A stretch of 64,000 nt of DNA, taken from an uncultured Azospirillum sp. (GTDB lineage: Bacteria > Pseudomonadota > Alphaproteobacteria > Azospirillales > Azospirillaceae). This document shows positions 17,498 to 26,747 of the stretch, one piece after another. The position numbers and the translations under genes are program-made. Each line of letters starts with the position of its first letter. Position 1 is the first letter of the stretch. The notes under the pieces were generated by a model. That model made no database searches. It was not told the origin of the DNA and saw nothing but the letters and a program-made list of their open reading frames with translations. The stretch is from contig CBFGPE010000004.1 of NCBI GenBank assembly GCA_965650625.1, positions 23,115-87,114 on the forward strand. Direction: 5' to 3'.

Positions 17498-18663
17498 GAG
17501 AAGGCGCTGCCTGCACCGGCGCCGCCGCGCCGTCCCTGGCCATCCTGACCTCCCCGCCCTTTGCCTGCGGAGTGGCCTGGCTGGTCAACGTGCTGCTGGA
17601 ACTGGGCATCCGCACCACGCATTGGGGCACGGCCAAGGGCGGGGGCGGCGGCCCCTGGCGGGAGTGCGGCGACGGCTGGACGCTGGATGAACCGGCGCGG
17701 GCCCTGCTCAAATGGCATCTGCCCATCCTGCACCAGGACGAGCCGCTGCGCTTCCGCGACGGCCTGGAGGTGGTGTGGGAGCATCGTCTCGATCTGGCCC
17801 GCGAGCCGGGCGAGGCCGTCATCCTCTACCTGCGCGACCCGCGCGACGCCATCCATTCGCTGTACCGGCGCGACTACGCTCGGACCCTCGGTTATCATGC
17901 CTATCTCGACCGCCCGGACGTCTGGCCCGACCATTTTCCGAACCTGTTCTTTTTGCCGCCGCCCGAGACCTACCTGCTGTTCGTCCTGTTCTGGCTGACC
18001 GTCGGCGAGACGGTGCCGCTGCTGACCGTGACCTTCGAGGGCATGCGTGCCGATCCGGTCGGAACGGTGCGCCGCGTGCTCGCCCACCTGGGGCAGGCGC
18101 GGCCGGATGACGAGATCGTCCGCGCGCTGGAACGCTCCGGCTTCCATGCGGCACGCCAAGCCATGCTGCGCACCAGCGCCGAGCAGGGGACGGAGCGCCT
18201 GACCGCCGCCAAGGGTGAGGTCGGCGAATGGCGGACCACCCATGACGACGCGGCCCTCGCCCGCTTCGCCCGGCCGCTCGCCCGGTTCGAAGCGCTGCTG
18301 GCTGACCTGCCGGCCGCCGAGGCGGCCTGGCAGGCCAAGGCCATTCCACGCGATCCCTTCGGCTGGCTGGAGGCGGGTGCTCCGGCCGATCTGGCCGCGG
18401 TGCTGGCCGCTATGCCGGCGGTGGCAGACAAGCCGGCGGCGCACCTCTCTGCCCAAGCCGCGGTGGCGGCCGGCTGGTTCACCGCCCGGGCAGCCGGAGG
18501 ACCGGACTTCACGCTGTCGCTGCCGCGGCGTCTGTTCCTGCGCTTCTACGCCTTCCTTCTCGAAGGACTGGACTCCGCCCCCATCGACACCCTGCTCCGT
18601 TCCCGCCACATCGACCGCATCCACGAACTTTGCCGGGGGATGGTGGGAGCGATGCCGGAGTGA
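17464..18663 (+). CDS. Sulfotransferase-like protein
   Basis: LYLRDPRDAIHS, VTFEGMRADP, KGEVGEW, and a degenerate 5'-PSB loop (SPPFACGVAWL). Start uncertain. Confidence 0.65.
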   Translation: MAGLPFPAAGVGEGAACTGAAAPSLAILTSPPFACGVAWLVNVLLELGIRTTHWGTAKGGGGGPWRECGDGWTLDEPARALLKWHLPILHQDEPLRFRDGLEVVWEHRLDLAREPGEAVILYLRDPRDAIHSLYRRDYARTLGYHAYLDRPDVWPDHFPNLFFLPPPETYLLFVLFWLTVGETVPLLTVTFEGMRADPVGTVRRVLAHLGQARPDDEIVRALERSGFHAARQAMLRTSAEQGTERLTAAKGEVGEWRTTHDDAALARFARPLARFEALLADLPAAEAAWQAKAIPRDPFGWLEAGAPADLAAVLAAMPAVADKPAAHLSAQAAVAAGWFTARAAGGPDFTLSLPRRLFLRFYAFLLEGLDSAPIDTLLRSRHIDRIHELCRGMVGAMPE

Positions 18664-18738
18664 CCGTTTCCGCCGACAACCGAGCGCGCGGCAAAAAAGG
18701 AATATTTTCATTGAATCCGCGGTTCTGTCTTTGATAAA

Positions 18739-18764
18739 TTTCCTATATTGCGCCATATAGGAAA
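18739..18764. promoter_or_regulatory. Perfect 10-bp inverted repeat (operator-like) abutting the RBS of the tail-fibre cassette
   Basis: tttcctatat-N6-atataggaaa in an AT-rich context, ending 15 bp before ATG 18779. Confidence 0.5.
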
Positions 18765-18778
18765 GGAAGCGGACCACC

Positions 18779-19111
18779 ATGAAGGGATTGCTCCTCGCCA
18801 CCGACGACATGGGGCGGTGTCTGGACGTGATCGGCGTGTCGGACAGCCGCCATACCCTGGTGATGGCCCCCGGCCAGGGCAAGACGCTGCCGGTGCCGGC
18901 CGGCGCCACGATGATGCTGGTCAACGCCACGGCCAACGTCTGGGTTCAGTATGACGGTCCGGCGGCCGTGCCGACGGCGGACGACCTCGGCGGCGGGGCA
19001 CCGGAACTTAATCCGGGTCCGCGCTTCATCAAGGGGATCGCCACCATTGGCATCAGCTCCGCACAGGCATGCGAGGTCGGCGTGACGTTCTATCGGGGGG
19101 GCAGCCTATGA
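18779..19111 (+). CDS. Hypothetical beta-rich protein (phage-like context)
   Basis: AGGAAG RBS, good codon usage, and ATGA overlap with the next gene. Confidence 0.7.
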   Translation: MKGLLLATDDMGRCLDVIGVSDSRHTLVMAPGQGKTLPVPAGATMMLVNATANVWVQYDGPAAVPTADDLGGGAPELNPGPRFIKGIATIGISSAQACEVGVTFYRGGSL

Positions 19112-20025
19112 CCTCCCGTTACAGCTTCGCGCCCGTCGGCGCACCGGCCGAGCGGCCGGTCTTCACCGGTACGGTGACTCTGCCGGCCGGCACCGAGGCG
19201 GCGCCGGGGTTGGTCTTCGCCGGCGACACCGCCACCGGCTTCCACCACCCTGCCCCCGGAATCGTCGGTCTGTCGGGGGCCTTGCAGGTCGACGGCCATC
19301 CTGTCTGGCACGCTGGGAACGACGGCGCCGGATCGGGGTGCGACGCCGACCTGCTCGACGGACAGCACGGCAGCTACTACCAGCCGGCCGCCCCCGCCCT
19401 GGGCGCCCTTGCCGGGCTGGACGCCGCCGTTGGGTTGGTCGAGCAGACCGGTTCCGCCCTGTTCGCCAAGCGCCCGCTCGGCACCGGATCGGCTGGCGCG
19501 GTCCCCACCCTGGGCGATGCCGACGCCCGCTATGCCCGGCTGAGCGGAGCGACCTTCGGCGGCGCCGTACGAAACACCGGACAACCCGCCTTCCTGGCCT
19601 TCCTGTCGTCTCAGCAATTGAACGCAACGGGGGATGGAACGCTCTACACCATCCCGTGCGATGGCGAGATCTTCGACCAGACCGGCGCCCACAACCCGGC
19701 AACCGGGATCTTCACCGCACCGGTGACCGGCTGCTACCGGTTCGACTGCACGGTCTGCCTGATCGTCGGCGCGACGCACACGCGCGCCGAACTGATCCTG
19801 GAGACGAGCAACCGCCTGCATTTCGTTGGTCAGATCAATGCGGCGGCCATGCGGGACGCGACCGGGAACGCGGTGATCATGGCCGGCTCCCGCCTCGTGG
19901 ACATGGATGCCGGGGACACGGCCGTGATGCGGGTCAAGGTTTCGAACGGCAGCAAGACTGTGTCGGTGTTCGGCACGACGGCGAGTGCGATCTACACGTC
20001 CTTCGCGGGGAGGCTGGAATGCTGA
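19108..20025 (+). CDS. Phage tail-fibre-like protein with C-terminal C1q-like domain
   Basis: Tail-fibre motif WHAGNDGAGSGCDADLLDG. C1q-like PAFLA...IFDQTGAHNPATGIFTAPVTGCYRF...LVDMDAGDT...YTSFAGRL. Confidence 0.75.
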   Translation: MTSRYSFAPVGAPAERPVFTGTVTLPAGTEAAPGLVFAGDTATGFHHPAPGIVGLSGALQVDGHPVWHAGNDGAGSGCDADLLDGQHGSYYQPAAPALGALAGLDAAVGLVEQTGSALFAKRPLGTGSAGAVPTLGDADARYARLSGATFGGAVRNTGQPAFLAFLSSQQLNATGDGTLYTIPCDGEIFDQTGAHNPATGIFTAPVTGCYRFDCTVCLIVGATHTRAELILETSNRLHFVGQINAAAMRDATGNAVIMAGSRLVDMDAGDTAVMRVKVSNGSKTVSVFGTTASAIYTSFAGRLEC

Positions 20026-20237
20026 GCGACCATCAGCGCGCCGTGCTGGCCGACATCGTCGTGGATCCGGATGCGTGGGCCGCCCATGTTCTGGATGAAT
20101 TCGGGCCGGAGGCCGGCATGGCCCACCTGGAGGCGAAGATCGCCCGGGCGGCCCCGGTGTACGAGGCCGCCCGCCAAACCCTGGGGTCGGCCTACCGGAC
20201 GCGAGCCGAGCGCACCGCCTTGCCCGGCGGACCCTGA
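20019..20237 (+). CDS. Small hypothetical protein (72 aa), possible tail-fibre partner
   Basis: MLSDHQRAVLADIVVDPDAWAAH...; overlaps the fibre gene stop. Confidence 0.6.
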   Translation: MLSDHQRAVLADIVVDPDAWAAHVLDEFGPEAGMAHLEAKIARAAPVYEAARQTLGSAYRTRAERTALPGGP

Positions 20238-20253
20238 TCGCAGGATGAAACTT

Positions 20254-20300
20254 GGGGTGTGATCGCTTCAAAACGATTCCCGACGAAGTGATCACGCCCC
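20254..20300. terminator. 16-bp stem-loop (two G-U pairs) downstream of the tail-fibre cassette
   Basis: ggggtgtgatcgcttc-N15-gaagtgatcacgcccc. No U-tract, so it may instead be a palindromic repeat element. Confidence 0.45.
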
Positions 20301-20473
20301 ATGCAACGCCGCCAAGGATTTCTATAGAAGGAAGAAATCTTGGAGAACCACAATAAATAGCCTGTTGATAGTTTAGTCAATTCAGGCGGTACTCATGCCG
20401 AAGATTTCAGTGGCGCTTTGCGCCCATCTCAAGTTAATTATCATCGATCTTCGCATTTGAAGGAAATTGACTG

Positions 20474-21061
20474 GTGGCTCGAATATTTATGATTCGCCAT
20501 GGCAAATCCGCAGCGGGCTTTGACGAAGCGCTCGATGCCGATCTGTCGGAGCTTGGGCATCGGCAGGCAGCAATTGCGGCTGCTGCGGTTGCCCGCCGGC
20601 TGCCTCCTATGCCGATCATCGCCTCTCCGTTTCGAAGAGCCAGAAGTACAGCGGAACCTTTGGCCAGGGCATGGTGCCGGCCAATCGCAATTTCCCCTGA
20701 GATTACTGAAATTCCAACGCCGCCTCATTTGGGAGAAGACAATCTTGCGGCACGCCGTCCATGGCTTACCGCCATCATGGCCAGCCGATACGGAAATCTC
20801 GGCGATGAAATTGAGAACTGGCGTCAGAACTTGATTGATTTCGTTGCGAACACGAAACAAAATTCTATTTTATCTACTCATTATCTGACGATCAACGCCA
20901 TCGTCGGGGCTGCGCAGAACGATGATCGGGTGTCTTTGTGCGACCCGGGATATTGTACCGTGACGGTGCTGGAGGTCTGTAGCGGCCGGATTTCCGTTAT
21001 CGGTATCGGCCTTGACTACGATCAACTTCCCGCTGCTTCTCCTGATTTCGAACGGAATTGA
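20474..21061 (+). CDS. Histidine phosphatase (phosphoglycerate mutase-like)
   Basis: MIRHG motif, IASPFRRARST, and LSTHYLTIN. GTG start. Confidence 0.85.
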   Translation: MARIFMIRHGKSAAGFDEALDADLSELGHRQAAIAAAAVARRLPPMPIIASPFRRARSTAEPLARAWCRPIAISPEITEIPTPPHLGEDNLAARRPWLTAIMASRYGNLGDEIENWRQNLIDFVANTKQNSILSTHYLTINAIVGAAQNDDRVSLCDPGYCTVTVLEVCSGRISVIGIGLDYDQLPAASPDFERN

Positions 21062-21144
21062 TGAATACTGCCAAGCTCTCTTGTTTTAAGCTTGGCAGTG
21101 CTCTTATGCAAATCCTGCGCGAAAGGGGAACGTGGACGGAGCGT

Positions 21145-21879
21145 TCAGGCGCCGTCCACAGTGCGAGGCAAGCAGGGCTCGTAACCGAGCAGGGCAATTT
21201 CGGCGCCCAGCTCCTTGTCCCACGACTCCAGGGCTTCAGGCGAGAACAGGCGGCGCCATTCGCCTGAAACCCCTTTGCGGACGATATAACGATTTCTCAC
21301 CATCTCGCCGTCCGAACCGCGCGGGCGGTTGGACATGGCCTCGAAGGAGTATTTCGTGTCGTAAAGAGAGCGGATCCTCTGCTCTAGTTCCGGATTGCGG
21401 GTAAATCCATAGAACTCAAGCACATCAAGCGTTACTCCAACAGTGTCCTGCTTAAGCTCGTCGAACTTTATGACCTTTATCGGCCTTTCCCGGGCCAGGT
21501 CTACCCACTTGCATGCCTCTCGGATCGTGTTGGCGAAATTACCGTAAGCCAATCCGTGTAGTGTCTCCCGCAGCTTTGCTCGATCGACAATCCCGCGGAA
21601 AATGTGATCCTCGAGATACGAAATAGCTACATCACGAGGGTCTCTTTGCAAGAAAACAATTGATACTTCTTCACGCTCAAGAAATGGGATGAAGAAGTCG
21701 GAATTATTGTGTGTCCAATGAAAATAAGGGCTTGGCGGCGGATCGTCGACGAGTCGTCTGGTTGATTCTGGGCCGTAATTCAGAACATTTACTTGTATCG
21801 TTCTGAGGTAATCCTCCAAAATCGGCACTATTGCTGAGGATCCTGAGTAAAACAAATTACAGAAGATCAAATTCTTCAT
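21145..21879 (-). CDS. Sulfotransferase domain protein (AT-richer than flanks)
   Basis: FYSGSS loop, QRDPRDVAIS, KFDELKQD, and VRKGVSGEW. GAGGAAG RBS before ATG 21879. Confidence 0.8.
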   Translation of the reverse strand: MKNLIFCNLFYSGSSAIVPILEDYLRTIQVNVLNYGPESTRRLVDDPPPSPYFHWTHNNSDFFIPFLEREEVSIVFLQRDPRDVAISYLEDHIFRGIVDRAKLRETLHGLAYGNFANTIREACKWVDLARERPIKVIKFDELKQDTVGVTLDVLEFYGFTRNPELEQRIRSLYDTKYSFEAMSNRPRGSDGEMVRNRYIVRKGVSGEWRRLFSPEALESWDKELGAEIALLGYEPCLPRTVDGA

Positions 21880-22062
21880 TTCTTCCTCAGAATCGGAGCA
21901 AATGGCTATGCTGAAAGGTATAGCAATCCCGGTGTCACATACCAATGGGAATTTTCCTGCCTGGAAGACGATGGAGCGGCGGGCCTCAGCGTCACAATGG
22001 CATCCGCTGGACAAGGCAAGGGTAACCGTCCTCCGGCAGAAGGGACACCGGGTTTGCGTGGC

Positions 22063-23160
22063 TCAAGGCCCGGCTTGCTCCGGAAACAGTCCAAGCAGCC
22101 CGTCGCGCGTGGCGGGGCAGACGCCGCGTTCGGTGATCAGGCCGGTCACCAGCCGGGCCGGGGTGACGTCGAAGCCGTAATTGGCGACCGGGCTGCCGTC
22201 GGGGGTGACGCGCACCGTCTCGATCCGGCCGTCGGCGGTGCGGCCGGTCAGCTCGCTCACCTCGCGGCCGTCGCGCTCCTCGATGGGGATCTCGCGCACG
22301 CCGTCGGCGATGGTCCAGTCGATGGTCGGCGACGGCAGTCCGACATAGAAGGGAACGCCGTTGTCGTGCGCGGCCAAGGCCTTCAGATAGGTGCCGATCT
22401 TGTTGCAGACGTCGCCGGTCGCGGTGGTGCGGTCGGTACCGACGATGCACAGATCGACCTTGCCGTGCTGCATCAGATGGCCGCCGACATTGTCGGCGAT
22501 GACGGTGTGGGGGACGCCGTGGTGCTTCAGCTCCCAGGCGGTCAGGCTGGCGCCCTGGTTGCGCGGGCGGGTCTCGTCCACCCAGACATGCAGCGGGATG
22601 CCCTGCTCGAAGGCGGCGTAGACGGGGGCGAGCGCCGTGCCCCAGTCGACGGTGGCGAGCCAGCCGGCGTTGCAGTGGGTCAGCACGTTGACCGGCTCCC
22701 CCGGCGCCTTGCGCGCCGCCGCGGCGCGGATCAGGGCTGCGCCGTGCAGGCCGATGGAACGGTTGATCTCGACATCCTCGTCGGCGATGGCCGCGGCCTC
22801 CGCCTCGGCGGCCGCGAGGCGTTGCGCCTCCGGCAGCGGCGCCAGCAGGCGGCGCATGCGCTCCAGCGCCCAGCGCAGGTTGACCGCGGTCGGGCGGGTG
22901 GCCAGCAGGGTGGCGCAGGCCCGCTCCAGCCCGCGGTCGCCGGCGTCGGCGCGCAGGGCCAGGGCCACGCCATAGGCCGCCGCGGCACCGATCAGCGGGG
23001 CGCCGCGCACCAGCATGGCGTGGATGGCGTGGGCGGCCTCCTCCAGGCTGGTCAGGCGGACGACGGCGAAGTCGTGCGGCAGCCGGGTCTGGTCGATGAT
23101 GGCGACGACGCCGTCGCCCTCCGGCCAGATGGTGCGATAGGCCATCCCGTCGATCCGCAT
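22063..23160 (-). CDS. mtnA: S-methyl-5-thioribose-1-phosphate isomerase
   Basis: [59 protein letters not shown], and NYGFDVTP. Confidence 0.93.
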   Translation of the reverse strand: MRIDGMAYRTIWPEGDGVVAIIDQTRLPHDFAVVRLTSLEEAAHAIHAMLVRGAPLIGAAAAYGVALALRADAGDRGLERACATLLATRPTAVNLRWALERMRRLLAPLPEAQRLAAAEAEAAAIADEDVEINRSIGLHGAALIRAAAARKAPGEPVNVLTHCNAGWLATVDWGTALAPVYAAFEQGIPLHVWVDETRPRNQGASLTAWELKHHGVPHTVIADNVGGHLMQHGKVDLCIVGTDRTTATGDVCNKIGTYLKALAAHDNGVPFYVGLPSPTIDWTIADGVREIPIEERDGREVSELTGRTADGRIETVRVTPDGSPVANYGFDVTPARLVTGLITERGVCPATRDGLLGLFPEQAGP

Positions 23161-23237
23161 GACATGACACTCCATCCAAAACCGAGCGGCCGAGATTAGG
23201 TGGTGGACGACCCGGCATCAATGCACTTGTGGCGCGA

Positions 23238-23276
23238 GGCCGCAGCCCCGCGGTCGCCGAATGCGGGGCTGCGGCC
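23238..23276. repeat. 14-bp perfect inverted repeat between divergent mtnA and mtnP
   Basis: ggccgcagccccgc-N11-gcggggctgcggcc. Confidence 0.7.
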
Positions 23277-23367
23277 GGCGGTTTTCTGCACTCCGCCCGA
23301 GGTCCGCTGTTGCTTTCTCCCGGTGTGCTCGGAATAGTCCCACCAGCTTCAGCGGAGAGAGCGGGAC

Positions 23368-24279
23368 ATGAGCAACGGTGCAGTTGGCGGTGCAGTTGGC
23401 GAAACGGTTGGCGAGACTGTTCTGGGCGTGATCGGCGGCAGCGGCCTGTACGACATCGACGGGCTGGAGAACACCCGCTGGGTCAAGGTGACCACGCCCT
23501 TCGGCGACCCGTCGGACGAACTGCTGACCGGCGAACTGGCGGGTCAGAAGCTTGTCTTCCTGCCGCGCCATGGCCGCGGCCACCGCATCCCGCCGTCGGA
23601 GCTGAATTTCCGCGCCAACATCCACGCGCTGAAGCAGTTGGGCGTGACCGAGATCCTGTCGGTCTCCGCGGTCGGCTCGCTGAAGGAACATCTGCCGCCG
23701 GGCACCTTCGTGGTGATCGACCAGTTCATCGACCGCACCTTCGCCCGCGACAAGACCTTCTTCGGCAGCGGGCTGGTCGCCCATGTCGGGCTGGGCCATC
23801 CGGTCTGCGGCCGGCTGGGCGACCTGATCGAGCAGGCGCTGGTCGAGCTGGACATCCCGCACCAGCGGCGCGGCACCTACATGGTGATGGAGGGACCGCA
23901 ATTCTCCACCGTCGCCGAATCCAACCTCTACCGCAGCTGGGGCTGCGACGTCATCGGCATGACCAACATGCCGGAGGCCAAGCTCGCCCGCGAGGCGGAG
24001 ATGTGCTACGCGACCGTCGCCATGGTCACCGATTACGACTGCTGGCACGAGGGGCACGACCATGTGTCGGTCGAGGCGGTGATCAAGGTGGTGGTCGCCA
24101 ATGCCGGCAAGGCGCGCGCGCTGGTCTCGGCCCTGGCGCCGAAGGTGGCGGGGCGCGAGGGCACATGCGCCCAGGGCTGCCACACCGCGCTGGACAACGC
24201 CATCATGACCGCCCCCTCCCACCGCGATCCGGCGATGCTGGAAAAGCTGTCGCTGATCGTGAAGCGCACGCTGGGGTGA
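23368..24279 (+). CDS. mtnP: S-methyl-5'-thioadenosine phosphorylase
   Basis: GVIGGSGLY, TPFGDPS, FLPRHGRGH, NFRANI, EGPQFST, IGMTNMPEAKLAREA, and VTDYDCW. Confidence 0.93.
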   Translation: MSNGAVGGAVGETVGETVLGVIGGSGLYDIDGLENTRWVKVTTPFGDPSDELLTGELAGQKLVFLPRHGRGHRIPPSELNFRANIHALKQLGVTEILSVSAVGSLKEHLPPGTFVVIDQFIDRTFARDKTFFGSGLVAHVGLGHPVCGRLGDLIEQALVELDIPHQRRGTYMVMEGPQFSTVAESNLYRSWGCDVIGMTNMPEAKLAREAEMCYATVAMVTDYDCWHEGHDHVSVEAVIKVVVANAGKARALVSALAPKVAGREGTCAQGCHTALDNAIMTAPSHRDPAMLEKLSLIVKRTLG

Positions 24280-24303
24280 CTTGGCGCCCGATCCGCCACG
24301 CGC

Positions 24304-24352
24304 AAACGAGAACGGCGCCCGCTCCCTGGGGAAGCGGGCGCCGTTCTCGTTT
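24304..24352. terminator. Bidirectional intrinsic terminator between convergent mtnP and colD
   Basis: aaacgagaacggcgcccgct...agcgggcgccgttctcgttt, a long GC stem with short A/T tails on both sides. Confidence 0.75.
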
Positions 24353-24365
24353 CAAATCAAGGCTT

Positions 24366-25535
24366 TCAGCGGCAGGCCGCGTCGAGGACCTTGTGCAGGC
24401 GGGTGATCTGCTCGTCGAGCGGGAAGGGGTGGTTGCCGACGAAGAAGCCCTGGTCATGCGCCAGATTGGCGTTCTCGACGCCACCGACCACCTCGTAATC
24501 GTAATGCTTGATCACGTCGTGGCGCAGGAAGCAGCCGCCGGTGATGATGCGGAAGCCGATGTCGGCCTCGGTCAGGGCGGCGAACACCGCCTTGCGGTCC
24601 TGCGGGCGCTTCGGGTTCAGGATGATGGTGAAGCTGAAGCAGGAGCTCTTGCCGTTCTCGCGCTGGATGATGAAGCGCTCATCCCCGGCGAACAGCGACT
24701 GGAACAGGGCCAGATTCTTGCGGCGCGCCTCGGTGAAGGCAGGCAGCTTCTTCAGCTGCTCCAGGCCGACGGCGCCTTCCATCTCGAGAGGACGGACGTT
24801 GTAGCCGGGCAGGATGAAGCGGTAGGCCTCGAAATGGTCGTTGCCGCCGCGCTGGTACAGCGGGGTGTCGTGCGGCAGGTCGCGGGTCCAGCCATGGGCG
24901 CGCATCGCCTTGACCAGATGGTAGAGCTCCAGATCGTCGGTCAGCACCATCCCGCCTTCCATGGTCGAGATGTGGTGCGAGAAGAAGAAGCTGAAGGTGT
25001 TCAGGTCGCCGAAGGTGCCGGTCTTCTTGCCGCCCAGCTCGGCATCCATCGATTCGCAGTTGTCCTCGATGAAATACAGCCCATGCTCGTCGGCGAAGCG
25101 GCGCATGACGTCGAGCGCGGCCGGGTTGCCCAGGATCGACACCGCCATGATCGCGCGGGTGCGCGGCGTCAGCGCCTGCTCCAGCTTGGAAACGTCCATG
25201 TTCAGCGTGTCGAGTTCGACGTCGATGAACTTCAGCTTCAGGCCGTACTGCTGCAGCGGGTGATAGGTGGTGGCCCAGGAGATCGCCGGGACGATCACCT
25301 CGTCGCCGCGCTGGAGCGGACGCTCCTTCTTGTAGAACAGGGCGGCGACCGCGACCAGATTGGCCGAAGAACCCGAATTGACCATCACGGCGTATTTGGC
25401 GCCGAAATAATTGGCGAAGGCCGCTTCGAAGGCGGCGACGTTCTCGCCCATGGTGAAGCGCCCGCTCTTCACCACGCGCTGGATCGCCTCAACCTCTTCC
25501 TCGCCCCAAGTCGGCGCGGCAAGCTCATAGAACAT
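24366..25535 (-). CDS. colD: ColD-like PLP-dependent GDP-4-keto-sugar 3-dehydratase (DegT family)
   Basis: SFFFSHHISTMEGG has His where aminotransferases have Lys. Also NSGSSANL, EDNCES, RAHGWTR, and LPGYNVRPLEM. Confidence 0.8.
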   Translation of the reverse strand: MFYELAAPTWGEEEVEAIQRVVKSGRFTMGENVAAFEAAFANYFGAKYAVMVNSGSSANLVAVAALFYKKERPLQRGDEVIVPAISWATTYHPLQQYGLKLKFIDVELDTLNMDVSKLEQALTPRTRAIMAVSILGNPAALDVMRRFADEHGLYFIEDNCESMDAELGGKKTGTFGDLNTFSFFFSHHISTMEGGMVLTDDLELYHLVKAMRAHGWTRDLPHDTPLYQRGGNDHFEAYRFILPGYNVRPLEMEGAVGLEQLKKLPAFTEARRKNLALFQSLFAGDERFIIQRENGKSSCFSFTIILNPKRPQDRKAVFAALTEADIGFRIITGGCFLRHDVIKHYDYEVVGGVENANLAHDQGFFVGNHPFPLDEQITRLHKVLDAACR

Positions 25536-25676
25536 GGATCATCCCCGGATGGTTCGGACGGCGGGACGGAAACCGTCCCCGCACGCCGCAGACGTGAGTG
25601 ACAAAAGCGGGGGAAGCCGGTCCGCGCAACCACCCGCTCCGGGAGACGCCTGGTGCAGTCCCCCGGAATGGCCCCC

Positions 25677-26747
25677 TTAGAACGGACCCTTGAACTGCGC
25701 CTGATAGGCCAGCCGGGCGTGCTCGGGATCCGGGCGCCAGGGCGAGCCGTTCGGCCGGGCCATGGCATAGGCCGCCTCGGCGATGGTCGACGGGTTGGGG
25801 TAGAAATGCTGCTCCAGCGCCGGCGTGGTCGGGCAGGTGGTGGGAGCGAAGCCCATGCGGCGGATCTGCAGCGGCCCGGAGCCGCCCAGACGCTCCGACA
25901 CCTGGGATGCGATCTCGGCACTGGCGCCGCAGTTGATCCAGCTGTTGTCGACCACCAGCAGCCGGCGGGTGCGGGCCACGGACTCCACGATGGTGTCGAT
26001 GTCCAGCGGAACCAGCGTGATCGGGTCGATCAGGTCGACGCTGACGTCGACCTCGCGCAGCAGCTCGGCGGCGCGCAGGCATTCGATCGCCATGTTCGAC
26101 ACGCCGACGACGGTGATGTCCCCGCCCTCCAGCATGCGGCGGGCCCGGCCGAACTCGACCGTGTAGGGGGCTTCCGGCACCGGCGCCTCGGTCGGATAGA
26201 GCAGGCGGTGCTCCATGAAGATGACCGGGTTGTCGTCGCGGATGGCCGCGATCATGCAGCCCTTGGCGTCATAGGCGTTGGACGGCGCCACCACCTTCAG
26301 CCCCGGCACATGCATGAACATCGAATGCAGGCCCTGCGAATGCTGCGCGCCCTGGCCCCAGGACTTGCCGATCATCGACCGGGCGACCAGCGGCACCTTC
26401 ACGGCGCCGCCATACATGTAATGGGCCTTGGCCGCCATGTTGACGAGCTGGTTCATGCACAGCAGCAGGAAATCCATGCGGATGTGGACATGGATCGGCC
26501 GCATCCCGGCCATGGCGGCGCCGATGGCGACGCCGGTCATCGCATCTTCCGACAGAGGCGTGGTGAAGATGCGCTCCGGCCCGAAGCGCTCCAGCAGGCC
26601 GCGGGTCGATCCCTGGATCGCCTTGTGGTCGTCGACGTCGAGACCGAAGACGAAGACGCTCTCGTCGCGCGCCATTTCCTGGGATACGGCCTCGGCCAGG
26701 GCGTCGACATAGCGGAGCTGGCGCGTCGCGGCGTTAGGCGAAGACAT
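25677..26747 (-). CDS. TPP-dependent dehydrogenase E1 beta-like subunit
   Basis: FTTPLSED, GMRP, GQGAQHSQ, PGLKVVAPS, IRDDNPVIFMEHR, and LVVD. Confidence 0.88.
   Translation of the reverse strand: MSSPNAATRQLRYVDALAEAVSQEMARDESVFVFGLDVDDHKAIQGSTRGLLERFGPERIFTTPLSEDAMTGVAIGAAMAGMRPIHVHIRMDFLLLCMNQLVNMAAKAHYMYGGAVKVPLVARSMIGKSWGQGAQHSQGLHSMFMHVPGLKVVAPSNAYDAKGCMIAAIRDDNPVIFMEHRLLYPTEAPVPEAPYTVEFGRARRMLEGGDITVVGVSNMAIECLRAAELLREVDVSVDLIDPITLVPLDIDTIVESVARTRRLLVVDNSWINCGASAEIASQVSERLGGSGPLQIRRMGFAPTTCPTTPALEQHFYPNPSTIAEAAYAMARPNGSPWRPDPEHARLAYQAQFKGPF

Noticed and set aside
18779-20237. Prophage
   Set aside because: Only three small genes, with no integrase, terminase, capsid, lysis genes or att sites seen.
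23385-23420. 12-bp tandem repeats in the mtnP 5' end (GAVG GAVG ETVG ETV)
   Set aside because: In-frame, low-complexity N-terminal extension with no evident consequence.
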